NCBI GenBank assembly: GCA_963773695.1
Contig: CAVZCE010000015.1
Location: 46,744-110,743 of the forward strand
Direction of reading: 5' to 3'
DNA length: 64,000 bases
Origin: an uncultured Chloroflexia bacterium
GTDB taxonomy: Bacteria; Chloroflexota; Limnocylindria; QHBO01
Part shown: piece by piece, positions 39,059 to 48,933 of the stretch
How the letters are laid out: each line of letters starts with the position of its first letter
Position numbering within the stretch: position 1 is the stretch's first letter
Position numbers and translations under genes: made by a program
The notes under the pieces: generated by a model
Databases searched by the model: none
Seen by the model: the letters and a program-made list of their open reading frames with translations, nothing else
What the model was told of the DNA's origin: nothing

Positions 39059-40540
39059 ATGTCCCTCCCCGTGGTCGCCATCGTCGGCCGTCCCAACGTC
39101 GGCAAGTCGACCCTCTTCAACCGCCTCGCCGGCGAGCGGATCGCCATCGTGGAGGACCTGCCCGGCACCACCCGTGACCGCGTCTATGCCACCGGCGACT
39201 GGAACGGGCGCGACTTCACCGTGGTCGACACCGGCGGCCTGGAGCTCGAGCCGGGAACCGTGATCGAGGCGCGGGTGCAGGACCAGGCGCGGGTGGCCAT
39301 CGAAGAGGCCGATGTCATCCTGTTCGTCGTCGACGCGCACGCAGGTCTGGCCCCCCTCGACCACGAGGTCGCCGACCGCCTGCGACGCGCCGCCAAGCCG
39401 GTGATCCTGGTCATCAACAAGGCCGACAACCCGCGCCGCGAGATGGAGGGTGCCGAGTTCCACGCGCTCGGCTTCGACGTGACGATCACCATCAGCGCGC
39501 AGCACGGCCGGAACACGGGCGATCTCGCCGACCTGGTGGTCGAGGCCCTCCCGCCGGAGGAGCCCGCGGCGGGGGAGAGGTCACCATCGGTCTGGGGCGA
39601 GGAGCCCGCCGAGGAGGAGCTGAGCGAGGAGGATCTCGCGGAGCTCGCCGAGGTCGACCTTGGTCCACCCAAGGTTGCGATCGTGGGCCGTCCCAACACC
39701 GGCAAGTCCACCTTCGTGAACCGTGTGTTCGGCGAGGAGCGGATGATCGTCTCCGAGGTCCCCGGGACGACCCGCGACCCGATCGACACGCTCGTCACCC
39801 CCGACGGCGAACCCATGATCCTCATCGACACCGCGGGGATCCGGCGCCGTGGCTCGGTGGAACGGGGGATCGAGCACTACTCGGTCCTGCGCAGCCTGAA
39901 GGCCATCGACCGCGCGGACGTCGCGGTGGTGATGACCGATGCCGTGGAGGGCTACACCGCCCAGGACGCGCACGTCGTCGGGCATGTCCTGGAGGCGGGG
40001 AAGGGCCTGGTCCTTGTGCTCAACAAGTGGGACGCGGTGGCAAAGGACGAGAAGACCGCCGACGAGCGCCTCCGCGCCCTGCGCCGTGACGCCCCGTACC
40101 TGGCCTGGGCGGACATCGTCTTCGCCTCGGCAAAGACCGGCGCCCGGATCGACCGGGTCCTGGGCGAGGCGCGGCGGGTCGCCGAGGAACGCTACCGGCG
40201 CGTTCCCACCGGCGAGCTGAACCGGATCGTGGGCGACGCGGTGCGCGCGCATCCGCCCAGCCACGTCCGCAACCGCCTGCCGAAGATCCTGTACGCCACG
40301 CAGGTGGCGGTGGCGCCCCCGACCTTCGTGATCTTCGTCAACGACCCGGAGATCGTGCACTTCAGCTACAAGCGCTACCTGGAGAACCGGATCCGCGCCG
40401 CGTACGGATTCCTGGGGACCCCCATCCGGCTCGTGTTCCGCCAGCGGGCCAGCGAGGAAGCCGCGCGGCGCTCTGCGAAGCCGCGCACGAGTCGAGCCCG
40501 CCGCTCGGGCCGCGCGACGAAGACCGCACGACGGCGGTGA
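39059..40540 (+). CDS. der: Ribosome-biogenesis GTPase Der (EngA), double GTPase plus KH domain
   Basis: Two G-domains (GRPNVGKST…, GRPNTGKSTF…) and a C-terminal KH-like domain. Confidence 0.9.
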   Translation: MSLPVVAIVGRPNVGKSTLFNRLAGERIAIVEDLPGTTRDRVYATGDWNGRDFTVVDTGGLELEPGTVIEARVQDQARVAIEEADVILFVVDAHAGLAPLDHEVADRLRRAAKPVILVINKADNPRREMEGAEFHALGFDVTITISAQHGRNTGDLADLVVEALPPEEPAAGERSPSVWGEEPAEEELSEEDLAELAEVDLGPPKVAIVGRPNTGKSTFVNRVFGEERMIVSEVPGTTRDPIDTLVTPDGEPMILIDTAGIRRRGSVERGIEHYSVLRSLKAIDRADVAVVMTDAVEGYTAQDAHVVGHVLEAGKGLVLVLNKWDAVAKDEKTADERLRALRRDAPYLAWADIVFASAKTGARIDRVLGEARRVAEERYRRVPTGELNRIVGDAVRAHPPSHVRNRLPKILYATQVAVAPPTFVIFVNDPEIVHFSYKRYLENRIRAAYGFLGTPIRLVFRQRASEEAARRSAKPRTSRARRSGRATKTARRR

Positions 40541-41547
40541 GCGACCAGATCGGCGTGATCGGCGCCGGAGCGTGGGGCACGACCCTCGCCGTGCGCTCCG
40601 CCGAGGGGCAGCGTCCCGTCACGCTGTGGGCCCACAGCTCGGAGGCGCGTTCCCGCCTGGCATCTGCCCGCGAGAATCGCCGGTACCTGCCGGGAATCGG
40701 CTTCCCGCCGAACGTCCGCGTCGCCGTCGACGACGCGGAGCTGTCGGAGCCGTACCGGCTCTTCATCCTGGCCGTGCCATCGGCCAACCTGAGGCCCACC
40801 CTGCAGCGCCTCGCGGACCGGCTTCATCCCGACGTGGCGGTGCTCTCGGCGGTGAAGGGCATCGAGGCGACGACGCACCTGCGCATGAGCGAGGTGATCG
40901 CGGCGGAGCTGCCCGGACGGCCCATCGCGGTCCTCTCCGGTCCCAACCTGGCCCGCGAGATCGCCGCCGGGAAGCCCGCGGGCAGCGTGGTGGCCTCCGC
41001 GAACGGCCGGGTCGCCATGGAGATCGCCGAGCTGCTGGGATCGGACCGCTTCCGGCTCTACACGAACACCGACGTCGTCGGGGTGGAGCTGGGCGGTGCG
41101 CTGAAGAACATCGTGGCGCTCGCCGCCGGGATGGTCGACGGCCTGCAGCTCGGGGACAGCGCCAAGGCGGGCATCATCACGCGCGGTCTCGCCGAGATCA
41201 CGCGTCTCGGCGTGGCCGCCGGTGCCCACCCGCTGACGTTTGCCGGCCTCGCCGGGGTTGGCGACCTCATCGGGACGTGCATGAGCCCGCTATCGCGCAA
41301 CCGGCAGGCGGGCGAGCTGTTCGCCGCCGGGCTCTCCTGGGCGGAGGTGGCGCCGCGGCTGCCCGGCGTGGCGGAAGGAGTCTTCACCGTCCGCGGGGCG
41401 CTCGAGCTTGCCGACAGGCTGGGCGTCGAGATGCCCATCGCGGAGCAGGTCGATGCCGTCATCCATGGCGTTCGCACGCCGCTCGACGCGGTCGCCGAGC
41501 TGATGGGTCGCGAGCTCAAGGACGAGCTGGCGGGGCTGCGGCCCTAG
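40537..41547 (+). CDS. gpsA: NAD(P)H-dependent glycerol-3-phosphate dehydrogenase
   Basis: GAGAWGT Rossmann motif; …GDLIGTC…; start overlaps the der stop. Confidence 0.85.
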   Translation: MSDQIGVIGAGAWGTTLAVRSAEGQRPVTLWAHSSEARSRLASARENRRYLPGIGFPPNVRVAVDDAELSEPYRLFILAVPSANLRPTLQRLADRLHPDVAVLSAVKGIEATTHLRMSEVIAAELPGRPIAVLSGPNLAREIAAGKPAGSVVASANGRVAMEIAELLGSDRFRLYTNTDVVGVELGGALKNIVALAAGMVDGLQLGDSAKAGIITRGLAEITRLGVAAGAHPLTFAGLAGVGDLIGTCMSPLSRNRQAGELFAAGLSWAEVAPRLPGVAEGVFTVRGALELADRLGVEMPIAEQVDAVIHGVRTPLDAVAELMGRELKDELAGLRP

Positions 41548-41627
41548 CTCTCGAGGTCGACGTCTGCGGCCGGCGCGGCCGCCCTTGTCTTCGGCGGCAT
41601 GCGCCCGCTCAGCCTGGCAGCACCCGC

Positions 41628-41801
41628 CTAGGGCTCGTGCTCGTCGTAGTGATCGCCGTGCTTCGCATGCCAGTGGCCGTCGTGCTCGAAGTCCTCGTGG
41701 TCGCCATGACGACGCGACTCGTGGCCGCAGGCCGACGTGTGAACGTGCGGGTGATCCGCGTGGACGGCGTGGTCGCTTCCTGGTCCGCCGGCTGACTCCT
41801 G
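41628..41801 (-). CDS. Small His-rich (metal-binding?) peptide, about 57 aa
   Basis: MQESAGGPGSDHAVHADHPHVHTSACGHESRRHGDHEDFEHDGHWHAKHGDHYDEHEP; strong GGAGGCAGCAG Shine-Dalgarno before the ATG; contains 14 His. Confidence 0.4.
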   Translation of the reverse strand, partial: QESAGGPGSDHAVHADHPHVHTSACGHESRRHGDHEDFEHDGHWHAKHGDHYDEHEP

Positions 41802-41906
41802 CATCTGCTGCCTCCCAGCTGCCCGGATGGGAACCCCTGGGAGGAGCAGGAGGTGTGCCAGCCGCCGATGCCATGCCCGCCGGTGGGGATGGCCCAGAAT
41901 GGGCGC

Positions 41907-43028
41907 ATGCTCCGGGACCGCCTTTCCGACCTTGCCGCACGCCATGGCCTGGAGCTCGTGGGGGTCGCGCCCGCCGAGCCGATGCCGGAGGTTCGCGAGC
42001 GCATGGCGGAGAGCGTGGATGCCGGCAGGATGGGGACCATGGGCTGGATGGGCGGGGAACGACCCCGCCTCGCCAGCGATCCGCGCGCCCACGACCCGGC
42101 CGCGCGTTCGGTGATCGTGGTCGCTGCGCCCTACACGTCGCGCGAGCGCAGCGCCTGGGATCCGGATCCGGAAGCCCTCTCCCGCGCGCTCGCGCCGGTC
42201 CTCGAGCGCGCCGACGGCGGGCCGCAGGGACGGATTGCCCGGTACGCGCTGGGCACGGACTACCACCGCGCGCTGCGGGCGCGCCTCGAGGGCCTCGCGG
42301 ACGACCTGCGTGCCGCCGGAATCCAGGGCGGTGAGGTCGCCTACGTGGACGACCGACCGCTCGCGGAGCGAGCCCTCGCCGAGCGTGCCGGGCTGGGCTG
42401 GATCGGCAAGAACACCAACCTCCTGACGCACCGGGCGGCCGGATCCTGGGTCTTCCTGGGGGCACTCCTGACCTCCGCCGAGCTCGCGCCCCATGAGCCG
42501 GTCCGCACGAACTGCGGTTCGTGCACCCGATGCCTCTCCGGCTGCCCGACCGGTGCCCTGGTCGCCCCGGGAACCATCGACGCGCGACGCTGCATCAGCT
42601 ACCTGACGATCGAGCATCCGGGGCGCCTCACCGCGTGGGAGGCGGCTGCCATCGGCGGCTGGATCTTCGGCTGCGACGTCTGCCAGGAGGTCTGTCCGGT
42701 GAACGCGGAGGCGGACGACCCCGGACCCCTGCGCGTCCCCCTCCTGCCGCTCATCGACTGGCTGCTGCCCATGGGGAGCCGCGAGTTCGGGCGCGTCCTG
42801 GGGATGACGGCGCTGTCGCGGGCGGGTCGCCATCGGCTCCTGCGCAACGCCGTCGCCGCGCTGGCCAACCTGGGGCTCGACGGCCCTTCGCGGGATGCCG
42901 GGACGGCGCTCCTCGAGCGTGCCGCGCGCGACCGACGGGCGGAGGTTCGCTCCCAGGCCCACGACGCACGAGCTCGGCTCGGGTCATCCGGGCCGCCGGC
43001 TGCACGGCGCGGCCGCCCGCTGGCGTAG
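41907..43028 (+). CDS. queG: Epoxyqueuosine reductase QueG with C-terminal HEAT-like extension
   Basis: Two 4Fe-4S ferredoxin motifs (CTRCLSGCPTGAL, CDVCQEVCP) and a cobalamin-binding region. Confidence 0.75.
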   Translation: MLRDRLSDLAARHGLELVGVAPAEPMPEVRERMAESVDAGRMGTMGWMGGERPRLASDPRAHDPAARSVIVVAAPYTSRERSAWDPDPEALSRALAPVLERADGGPQGRIARYALGTDYHRALRARLEGLADDLRAAGIQGGEVAYVDDRPLAERALAERAGLGWIGKNTNLLTHRAAGSWVFLGALLTSAELAPHEPVRTNCGSCTRCLSGCPTGALVAPGTIDARRCISYLTIEHPGRLTAWEAAAIGGWIFGCDVCQEVCPVNAEADDPGPLRVPLLPLIDWLLPMGSREFGRVLGMTALSRAGRHRLLRNAVAALANLGLDGPSRDAGTALLERAARDRRAEVRSQAHDARARLGSSGPPAARRGRPLA

Positions 43029-43224
43029 CGCCGCCCCCGATTATGGTGCCCGCGGGCACCGGTGGACTCCACGATGCCCCGACGCGGGTTGACCGGTCAG
43101 GGTGCGGGCGGGAGACTGCCATCGCGCGGGAGGCGTCGACACGCGGCCCCATCCCATGGTCGTCCAGGCCGCGTCGAGCCCATGGCGATCACCCCGCGCG
43201 TCGCTCGGAGGCGTGGAGAGACAG

Positions 43225-44061
43225 ATGCGCAGCAGACTGCTGGCCATCCCACTCGGATTCCTGGTCGCGTTGGCCCTCATCGCTCCGGTGGGTGCGGTCA
43301 CGAACGGGACTCCCGACGGAAATGATCACCCATACATCGGGCTGCTCGTCTTCGACGACGCGGCCGGCCCCGCGTGGCGCTGCAGCGGAGCGCTGATCGC
43401 GCCAAACCTCGTCCTCACGGCCGCCCACTGCACCGACGGAGCCGTGGCCGCGAGGGTCTGGTTCCAGGAGGACGTGACGTACGACGCGGTCCCGTTCCCG
43501 CTGTATCCGTATGGCGGGGCGGGGAGCGGTGCCGTTGAAGGTACCCCGTACACCTATCCGGATTACCAGAGCCCGTACGGCAATGGGCTCGTCGGCTTCT
43601 CCTACGGAGACGTGGGCGTGGTCGTGCTGGACGAGTCCCTGGCCGGGCCGTTTGCACAGCTCCCGGCAGCGGGCATCGCGGACACGCTGCGGAACAAGGC
43701 GCCGCTCGACTACGTTGGATTCGGCGTGGAGTATCAGGCGCAGATCCCCGGCAGCGACCTTCCGCAGCCGCCTCCGTACTACCGGTGGACGGGCCCGCGG
43801 GTTCGCAACTACGCGCCGGGCGCCTTCGTTTCGGGCAGCTTCCGGGGCAGTGACAACCTCGTCAAGGTCACCCTCAATCCCGGCGGGGGCACGGGCGGAA
43901 CCTGCTTCGGCGACTCGGGCGGTCCAGTCCTGCTTGGCGGCACGAACACGATCCTGGCCGTCAACTCCTTCGTCACGAACGTGAACTGCAGCGGAGTCGG
44001 GTACGACACCCGCGTCGACGTGCAGGATCGCCTCGACTGGGTCGAGTCATTCCTGGACTAG
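43225..44061 (+). CDS. Secreted trypsin-like (S1 family) serine protease
   Basis: Signal peptide; catalytic His (LTAAHC) and Ser (GDSGGP) motifs. Confidence 0.7.
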   Translation: MRSRLLAIPLGFLVALALIAPVGAVTNGTPDGNDHPYIGLLVFDDAAGPAWRCSGALIAPNLVLTAAHCTDGAVAARVWFQEDVTYDAVPFPLYPYGGAGSGAVEGTPYTYPDYQSPYGNGLVGFSYGDVGVVVLDESLAGPFAQLPAAGIADTLRNKAPLDYVGFGVEYQAQIPGSDLPQPPPYYRWTGPRVRNYAPGAFVSGSFRGSDNLVKVTLNPGGGTGGTCFGDSGGPVLLGGTNTILAVNSFVTNVNCSGVGYDTRVDVQDRLDWVESFLD

Positions 44062-44081
44062 CAGCCGATCGAGATGGCGTG

Positions 44082-44112
44082 GTGAGCCCCGGCCGGAGCG
44101 GCCGGGGCTCAC
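44082..44112 (+). terminator. Perfect 13 bp stem hairpin (GTGAGCCCCGGCC-GGAGC-GGCCGGGGCTCAC) downstream of the protease gene
   Basis: Seen directly in sequence; no U-tract. Confidence 0.35.
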
Positions 44113-44205
44113 CGTTGCACCGGGCCTGCATCGCCCCCGGCGGGCTCCTGAAGCTTTCCCCGGTGCGGCGTGGGCTGCGCGGCTGTCGTACACTGCCCGG
44201 GCAAT

Positions 44206-44249
44206 CGGTCGGGGCGTAGCGCAGTCTGGTAGCGCACCTGAATGGGGTT
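44206..44249 (+). repeat. Displaced 5' half of tRNA-Pro (attL-like); 44 bp identical to 59037-59080
   Basis: The stretch cggtcGGGGCGTAGCGCAGTCTGGTAGCGCACCTGAATGGGGTT is identical at both sites; identity ends in the anticodon loop (t at 44250 versus c at 59081). Confidence 0.8.
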
Positions 44250-44618
44250 TCCGTGGGACCTTTGCGCTGTTGCCAAGACCAATCGGGGCACGGCTTGGGC
44301 ACGCGCGATTCATCGATTCAGGATGTGCAACCGAGCTTGCGGAGCCCGCCCACAGTGTGGCCAATCTGCCCGACCGCAGCTCCGTGCCGCGTAGCCCGCG
44401 ACCAAAGTACGCCCGCCGGGGGATGTTCTCGGGCGAGCCGCTTTCCTAGGATCGTGCCTGTCGCTCATTTATTTGAGCGCAGTTGGCCGGGTGGTGCGAG
44501 ATGCCTGGTTTGGGGCCAGGCGGCGGCATATCATGCAGAGGGCACACACCTGGCGCGCGATCGACCATCGACCGATGAGCGCACGGACTCGGCCAGTCGG
44601 GCACGCCATGGCACCGCG

Positions 44619-47600
44619 TTGCTGGTGGCCAGCATCGTCGTCTTCAACGCCGTCCTGTTGTCGGCCACGGTTGGGGCGCCACGCGCCGCGGCCATCACCG
44701 ATGGCTTCTACGCGGCATCCGACGACGGCCCCTTGATGAACGTGCCGCTCTTCGACTCGCTGAGGAGCACCCTGTGGCCCTGCCAATCGGACATGGCCCG
44801 CCGCAACCTGAGCGAGGTCGACACCTCCACCCGCAACCTCGATGAGGACGCGGGTATCTCCATCGCCGCCGGCAGCCGCGGCTGCCAGCTGATCAACAAC
44901 TCGGTGCAGGGCACCAGCTGGTACGGCTGGATGTATCCCGACACCACCTACGGCGTGGCCGACTTCAACGGCAGCGGCTCGGGAACCGGCGATCCGCGTC
45001 ACGCGGACCTCTGCCATACGCCGAGCCCGACCTCGATGGGCGCCGGCAAGGTCCGGCTGCTGGGTGAGCTGGAGAAGCCGACCACCGGGCTGGCCTTCAA
45101 CGCCAGCATCACCCTCAGCGCCAAGGTGGGCCAATGCGTATCGGAGTCGACCCTGGCCTCGTACAGCATTGCCTCCATCTCGGCCCAGACCAGCGCCGCG
45201 ACGCAGGCCTTCGACGTCACCGTCGCCATCCCCGACGGGACCCGCGACCTGGCGCTCACCATCCGGGGCGGGGACCCGCGCGACACCGGCGCCGGCAACG
45301 GCGTCTACGTCCACTACCTGCGCATGTACGCCTCCCTGGGCGCCGACGCCCCGGACCCCTCCCTACCCATGCTCCCCGCACAGCTGCGCGGCACGGGATC
45401 AGGCACCTATGGCAACGACCCCTCGCGCCGCGAGGCGGAGCCGGTCAACACTGCGACCGGCAACTACGTCCACCAAGACACCGACCTCGCCCTGCCCGGC
45501 CTCGGCCTGCCCGTGGCCGTCACCCGCACCTACAACTCCCTCGACACCGACACTGGTCCCCTGGGGGTGGGCTGGAGCTTCGGGTACGCCATGCACCTCG
45601 ATGCGGGCAGCGACGGCTCGCTGACCTTCAGCGCCGAGGACGGGGCCCAGTACGTCTTTGCCCCCGACGGCTCGGGCGGCTTCCTGCGCCCGGCAGGGAC
45701 GTACACCGACCTGGTGCAGCTTGAGGACGGCAGCTACCAGCTCACCCGGCGTGACGGGGTGATCGACGCCTTCGACAGCGCCGGGCTACTCGCCAGCCAG
45801 ACCGACCGCAATGGCAACCAGCTGACCTTCGACTACACCAGCGGCCGGCTGACGACCATTACCGACACCGTGGGCCGCACCGTCAGCCTGGGCTACGACG
45901 GCTCGGGGCGGCTCAGCGAGCTCGACGCACCCTTGAGCCGCAGTGTGACCTACACCTACGACGGCTCTGGCCGCCTGGAGACGGTCACCGACCTGGCGGG
46001 TGAGACGACCACCTACGCCTACGACACCTCCAGCCGTCTGACCACCATCACCGACGCCAACGGCCACGTGGTGGTCACCAACGAGTACGGCACCGACGGC
46101 CGGGTCAGCGCCCAGACCGACGCCAACGACAACACCTCGACCTTCAGCTGGGACCCCGACACCGGCACCGCGGCCTACACCGACGCCGCGGGGCATGCGT
46201 GGGCCGACGTCTACCTCGGCAACGTGCTGCTCAGCCACAGCGACCCGCTGGGCAACACCACCACCTACACCTACGACGCCAACTTCAACCGAGCCAGCGT
46301 CACCGACCCCACCGGCCACACCACGACCTACACCTATGACGCCAACTCGAACCTGCTAAGCCGCACCGCGCCAGCCCCGCTCTCGTATGAAGAGTCGTGG
46401 ACCTACACCGCCCTCAACGACGTGGCCAGCTACACCGACGGGCGTGACCACACCACCACCTACACCTACGACACCGCCGGCAATCTGACCGTGGTCACCC
46501 AGCCCGGCGACATCGAGGCCGACTACGGGCGCGACCCTAACGGCACCGGGCTGCTGGTGAGCACCACCGATCCGCGCGGCAAGACCACCGCCTACACCTA
46601 CGACGCCGACGCCAACCTGGCCAGTGTCACCAGCCCCACCGGCGACGAGACGACCTATGCCTACGACGCTGCCGGACGGCGGATCAGCATGGTCGATCCG
46701 CGCGGCAACGCCAGTGGCGCCGATCCCGGCGACTACACCACCGCCTACACCTACGACGACGCCGACCGCCTGACCAGCGTCAGCGATCCCCTCGACCACA
46801 CCACGGGCTACGAGTACGACCCGGTCGGCAACCGCACCAGCGTCACCGACCCCAACGACCACACCACGGCCTACGCCTACGACCCCGCCAACCACCTGGC
46901 CGGCGTCACCGATGCCGCTGACGAGACCACCTGCTACGAGTACGACGAGGTCGGCAACCTCGTCTCACGCACCGACGCCAACGACCACACCACCACCTAC
47001 GCCTACGACCACGCCAACCGCCTGACGGGCGTCACCGATCCGCTCGACCGTTCCACCGCGATCACCTACGACGGTGCCGGCAACCCGGAGACCCGCACCG
47101 ACGCCACCGGGCAGACCACGACCTACACCTACGACGCCCTCAACCGGGTGACGGCCATCGACTATGAGGACACCGCCACCCCCGACGTGGCCTTCGCCTA
47201 CGACGCCAACGGCAACCAGACCGCGATGACCGACGGCGGCGGCACCCAGACGGCAACCTTCGATGACCTCGACCGACTGACCGGGGTGACTCGCGGCTCC
47301 GATGCGTTCGCCTACGGCTACGACGACGCGGGCAACCTCACTAGCCGCACCTACCCCGACGCCACCGAGGTCGCCTATACCTACGACGATTCGGGCCTGA
47401 TGAGTTCGGTGACCACCGACAGCGCCACGACCACCTACGCCTACGATGAGGCCGGCAACCTGACTTCCATCGGCCTGCCCAATGGGGTCGACGAGTCGCG
47501 CACCTACGACCCCGTCGGGAGGCTGTCCACCATTCACGCCGCGGGCAGCGCGGGGACCCTCACCGATCTGGCCTACACCTACGACCCGAGCGGCAACATC

Positions 47601-48890
47601 AGCGCCGTCGCCACCGCGGCCGCGAACCTGAGTGAGCGGGCCAGCCTGGCCAGCGACGGCAGCCAGGCGACGGGCGCCGGCAGTTCCGGTGCCAGCGACG
47701 CCTTCAGCCGCACCACCAGCAACGGCTGGGGCACCGCCCCGGTGGGCGGCGACTGGTCCATCGACTACGGCTCGAGCTCGGACTTCGCCACCGACGGCTC
47801 AGCGGCGACCATGACCCTGCCGGCCAGCACCACCGACGAGATGGTCCTCAGCGACGTGTCGGCCGCCGACACGGTCACCAGTGTTCAGCTGGCGACCGAC
47901 AAGCTGGCTGCCGGTGACTCCCAGGTCTTCTTCCTCTACGCCCGGCGCACCGATGACAACAACTGGTACCGGCTGGGCGTCGCCTTCCACACCGACCAGA
48001 CCGTCTCGATGGCCATCGCCCGCAAGGTGGCCGGCACCCAGACCACCCTGGTCAGCCAGGCGATCACCAGGGAGACGCACGCCGCCGGGCGGGTCTTCAA
48101 CATCGTCTTCTCGGTGGTCGGCTCCACCCTCTCCGCCAAGATCTGGCAGGACGGCACCAGCGAGCCGTCGAGCTGGGACGAGTCCGAGACGGACACCGCC
48201 ATCACCGCCGCGGGGGCCAATCCCCTGCGCGGCTATGTCGGCTCGGCCAGCAACGCCCCGGTGACCGCGGCTTGGGACAACCTGGTGATCAGCCTGCGCG
48301 GATCGGGCAGTTCCGGTGCCAGCGACGCCTTCAGCCGCACCACCAGCAACGGCTGGGGCACCGCCCCGGTGGGCGGCGACTGGTCCATCGACTACGGCTC
48401 GAGCTCGGACTTCGCCACCGACGGCTCAGCGGCGACCATGACCCTGCCGGCCAGCGCCACCGACGAGATGGTCCTCAGCGACGTGTCGGCCGCCGACACG
48501 GTCACCAGCGTTCAGCTGGCGACGACAAGCTGGCTGCCGGTGACTCCCAGGTCTTCTTCCTCTACGCCCGGCGCACCGATGACAACAACTGGTACCGGCT
48601 GGGCGTCGCCTTCCACACCGACCAGACCGTCTCGATGGCCATCGCCCGCAAGGTGGCCGGCACCCAGACCACCCTGGTCAGCCAGGCGATCACCAGGGAG
48701 ACGCACGCCGCCGGGCGGGTCTTCAACATCGTCTTCTCGGTGGTCGGCTCCACCCTCTCCGCCAAGATCTGGCAGGACGGCACCAGCGAGCCGTCGAGCT
48801 GGGACGAGTCCGAGACGGACACCGCCATCACCGCCGCGGGGGCCAATCCCCTGCGCGGCGATGTCGGCTCGGCCAGCAACGCCCCGGTGA
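44619..48890 (+). CDS. Rhs/YD-repeat family secreted protein, N-terminal roughly 1420 aa (frame broken downstream)
   Basis: Hydrophobic signal-like N-terminus (start codon uncertain; TTG at 44619 or GTG at 44625). A roughly 270 aa N-domain is followed by the RHS-repeat entry motif EPVNTATGNYVHQDTDLALPGLGLPVAVTRTYNS and about 40 YD repeats across roughly 45400-47600. Two copies of a 209 aa module follow. The frame ends in copy 2 through a 1 nt deletion near 48524. Confidence 0.7.
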   Translation: MLVASIVVFNAVLLSATVGAPRAAAITDGFYAASDDGPLMNVPLFDSLRSTLWPCQSDMARRNLSEVDTSTRNLDEDAGISIAAGSRGCQLINNSVQGTSWYGWMYPDTTYGVADFNGSGSGTGDPRHADLCHTPSPTSMGAGKVRLLGELEKPTTGLAFNASITLSAKVGQCVSESTLASYSIASISAQTSAATQAFDVTVAIPDGTRDLALTIRGGDPRDTGAGNGVYVHYLRMYASLGADAPDPSLPMLPAQLRGTGSGTYGNDPSRREAEPVNTATGNYVHQDTDLALPGLGLPVAVTRTYNSLDTDTGPLGVGWSFGYAMHLDAGSDGSLTFSAEDGAQYVFAPDGSGGFLRPAGTYTDLVQLEDGSYQLTRRDGVIDAFDSAGLLASQTDRNGNQLTFDYTSGRLTTITDTVGRTVSLGYDGSGRLSELDAPLSRSVTYTYDGSGRLETVTDLAGETTTYAYDTSSRLTTITDANGHVVVTNEYGTDGRVSAQTDANDNTSTFSWDPDTGTAAYTDAAGHAWADVYLGNVLLSHSDPLGNTTTYTYDANFNRASVTDPTGHTTTYTYDANSNLLSRTAPAPLSYEESWTYTALNDVASYTDGRDHTTTYTYDTAGNLTVVTQPGDIEADYGRDPNGTGLLVSTTDPRGKTTAYTYDADANLASVTSPTGDETTYAYDAAGRRISMVDPRGNASGADPGDYTTAYTYDDADRLTSVSDPLDHTTGYEYDPVGNRTSVTDPNDHTTAYAYDPANHLAGVTDAADETTCYEYDEVGNLVSRTDANDHTTTYAYDHANRLTGVTDPLDRSTAITYDGAGNPETRTDATGQTTTYTYDALNRVTAIDYEDTATPDVAFAYDANGNQTAMTDGGGTQTATFDDLDRLTGVTRGSDAFAYGYDDAGNLTSRTYPDATEVAYTYDDSGLMSSVTTDSATTTYAYDEAGNLTSIGLPNGVDESRTYDPVGRLSTIHAAGSAGTLTDLAYTYDPSGNISAVATAAANLSERASLASDGSQATGAGSSGASDAFSRTTSNGWGTAPVGGDWSIDYGSSSDFATDGSAATMTLPASTTDEMVLSDVSAADTVTSVQLATDKLAAGDSQVFFLYARRTDDNNWYRLGVAFHTDQTVSMAIARKVAGTQTTLVSQAITRETHAAGRVFNIVFSVVGSTLSAKIWQDGTSEPSSWDESETDTAITAAGANPLRGYVGSASNAPVTAAWDNLVISLRGSGSSGASDAFSRTTSNGWGTAPVGGDWSIDYGSSSDFATDGSAATMTLPASATDEMVLSDVSAADTVTSVQLATTSWLPVTPRSSSSTPGAPMTTTGTGWASPSTPTRPSRWPSPARWPAPRPPWSARRSPGRRTPPGGSSTSSSRWSAPPSPPRSGRTAPASRRAGTSPRRTPPSPPRGPIPCAAMSARPATPR

Positions 48891-48933
48891 CCGCGGCTTG
48901 GGACAACCTGGTGATCAGCCTGCCCGGATCGGG
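47681..48933 (+). repeat. Near-identical tandem duplication of a 627 bp (209 aa) module inside the rhs gene (copy 1 47681-48307, copy 2 48308-48933; a partial third start at 48934)
   Basis: The protein segments SGSSGASDAFSRTTSNGWGTAPVGGDWSIDYGSS…WDNLVISL repeat with only a few substitutions. Copy 2 lacks one C (gcgaccgacaagctgg versus gcgacgacaagctgg). Confidence 0.85.

Noticed and set aside
38842-39171. Small minus-strand ORFs in the ispH-der intergenic region
   Set aside because: No Shine-Dalgarno, biased composition, and they overlap the der 5' end; likely non-coding leader.
44206-44249. Possible second tRNA gene next to the S1 protease
   Set aside because: Only the 5' 40 nt (acceptor stem through the anticodon loop) is present, with no anticodon 3' stem, T-arm or acceptor 3' strand. 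It is an att-site remnant, not a gene.
44253-45314. ORFs overlapping the rhs 5' region (44473-44736 plus strand, 44469-45314 minus strand) as separate genes
   Set aside because: They are alternative-frame or antisense artefacts inside the conserved Rhs N-domain frame; their composition is Arg/Ala-rich nonsense.
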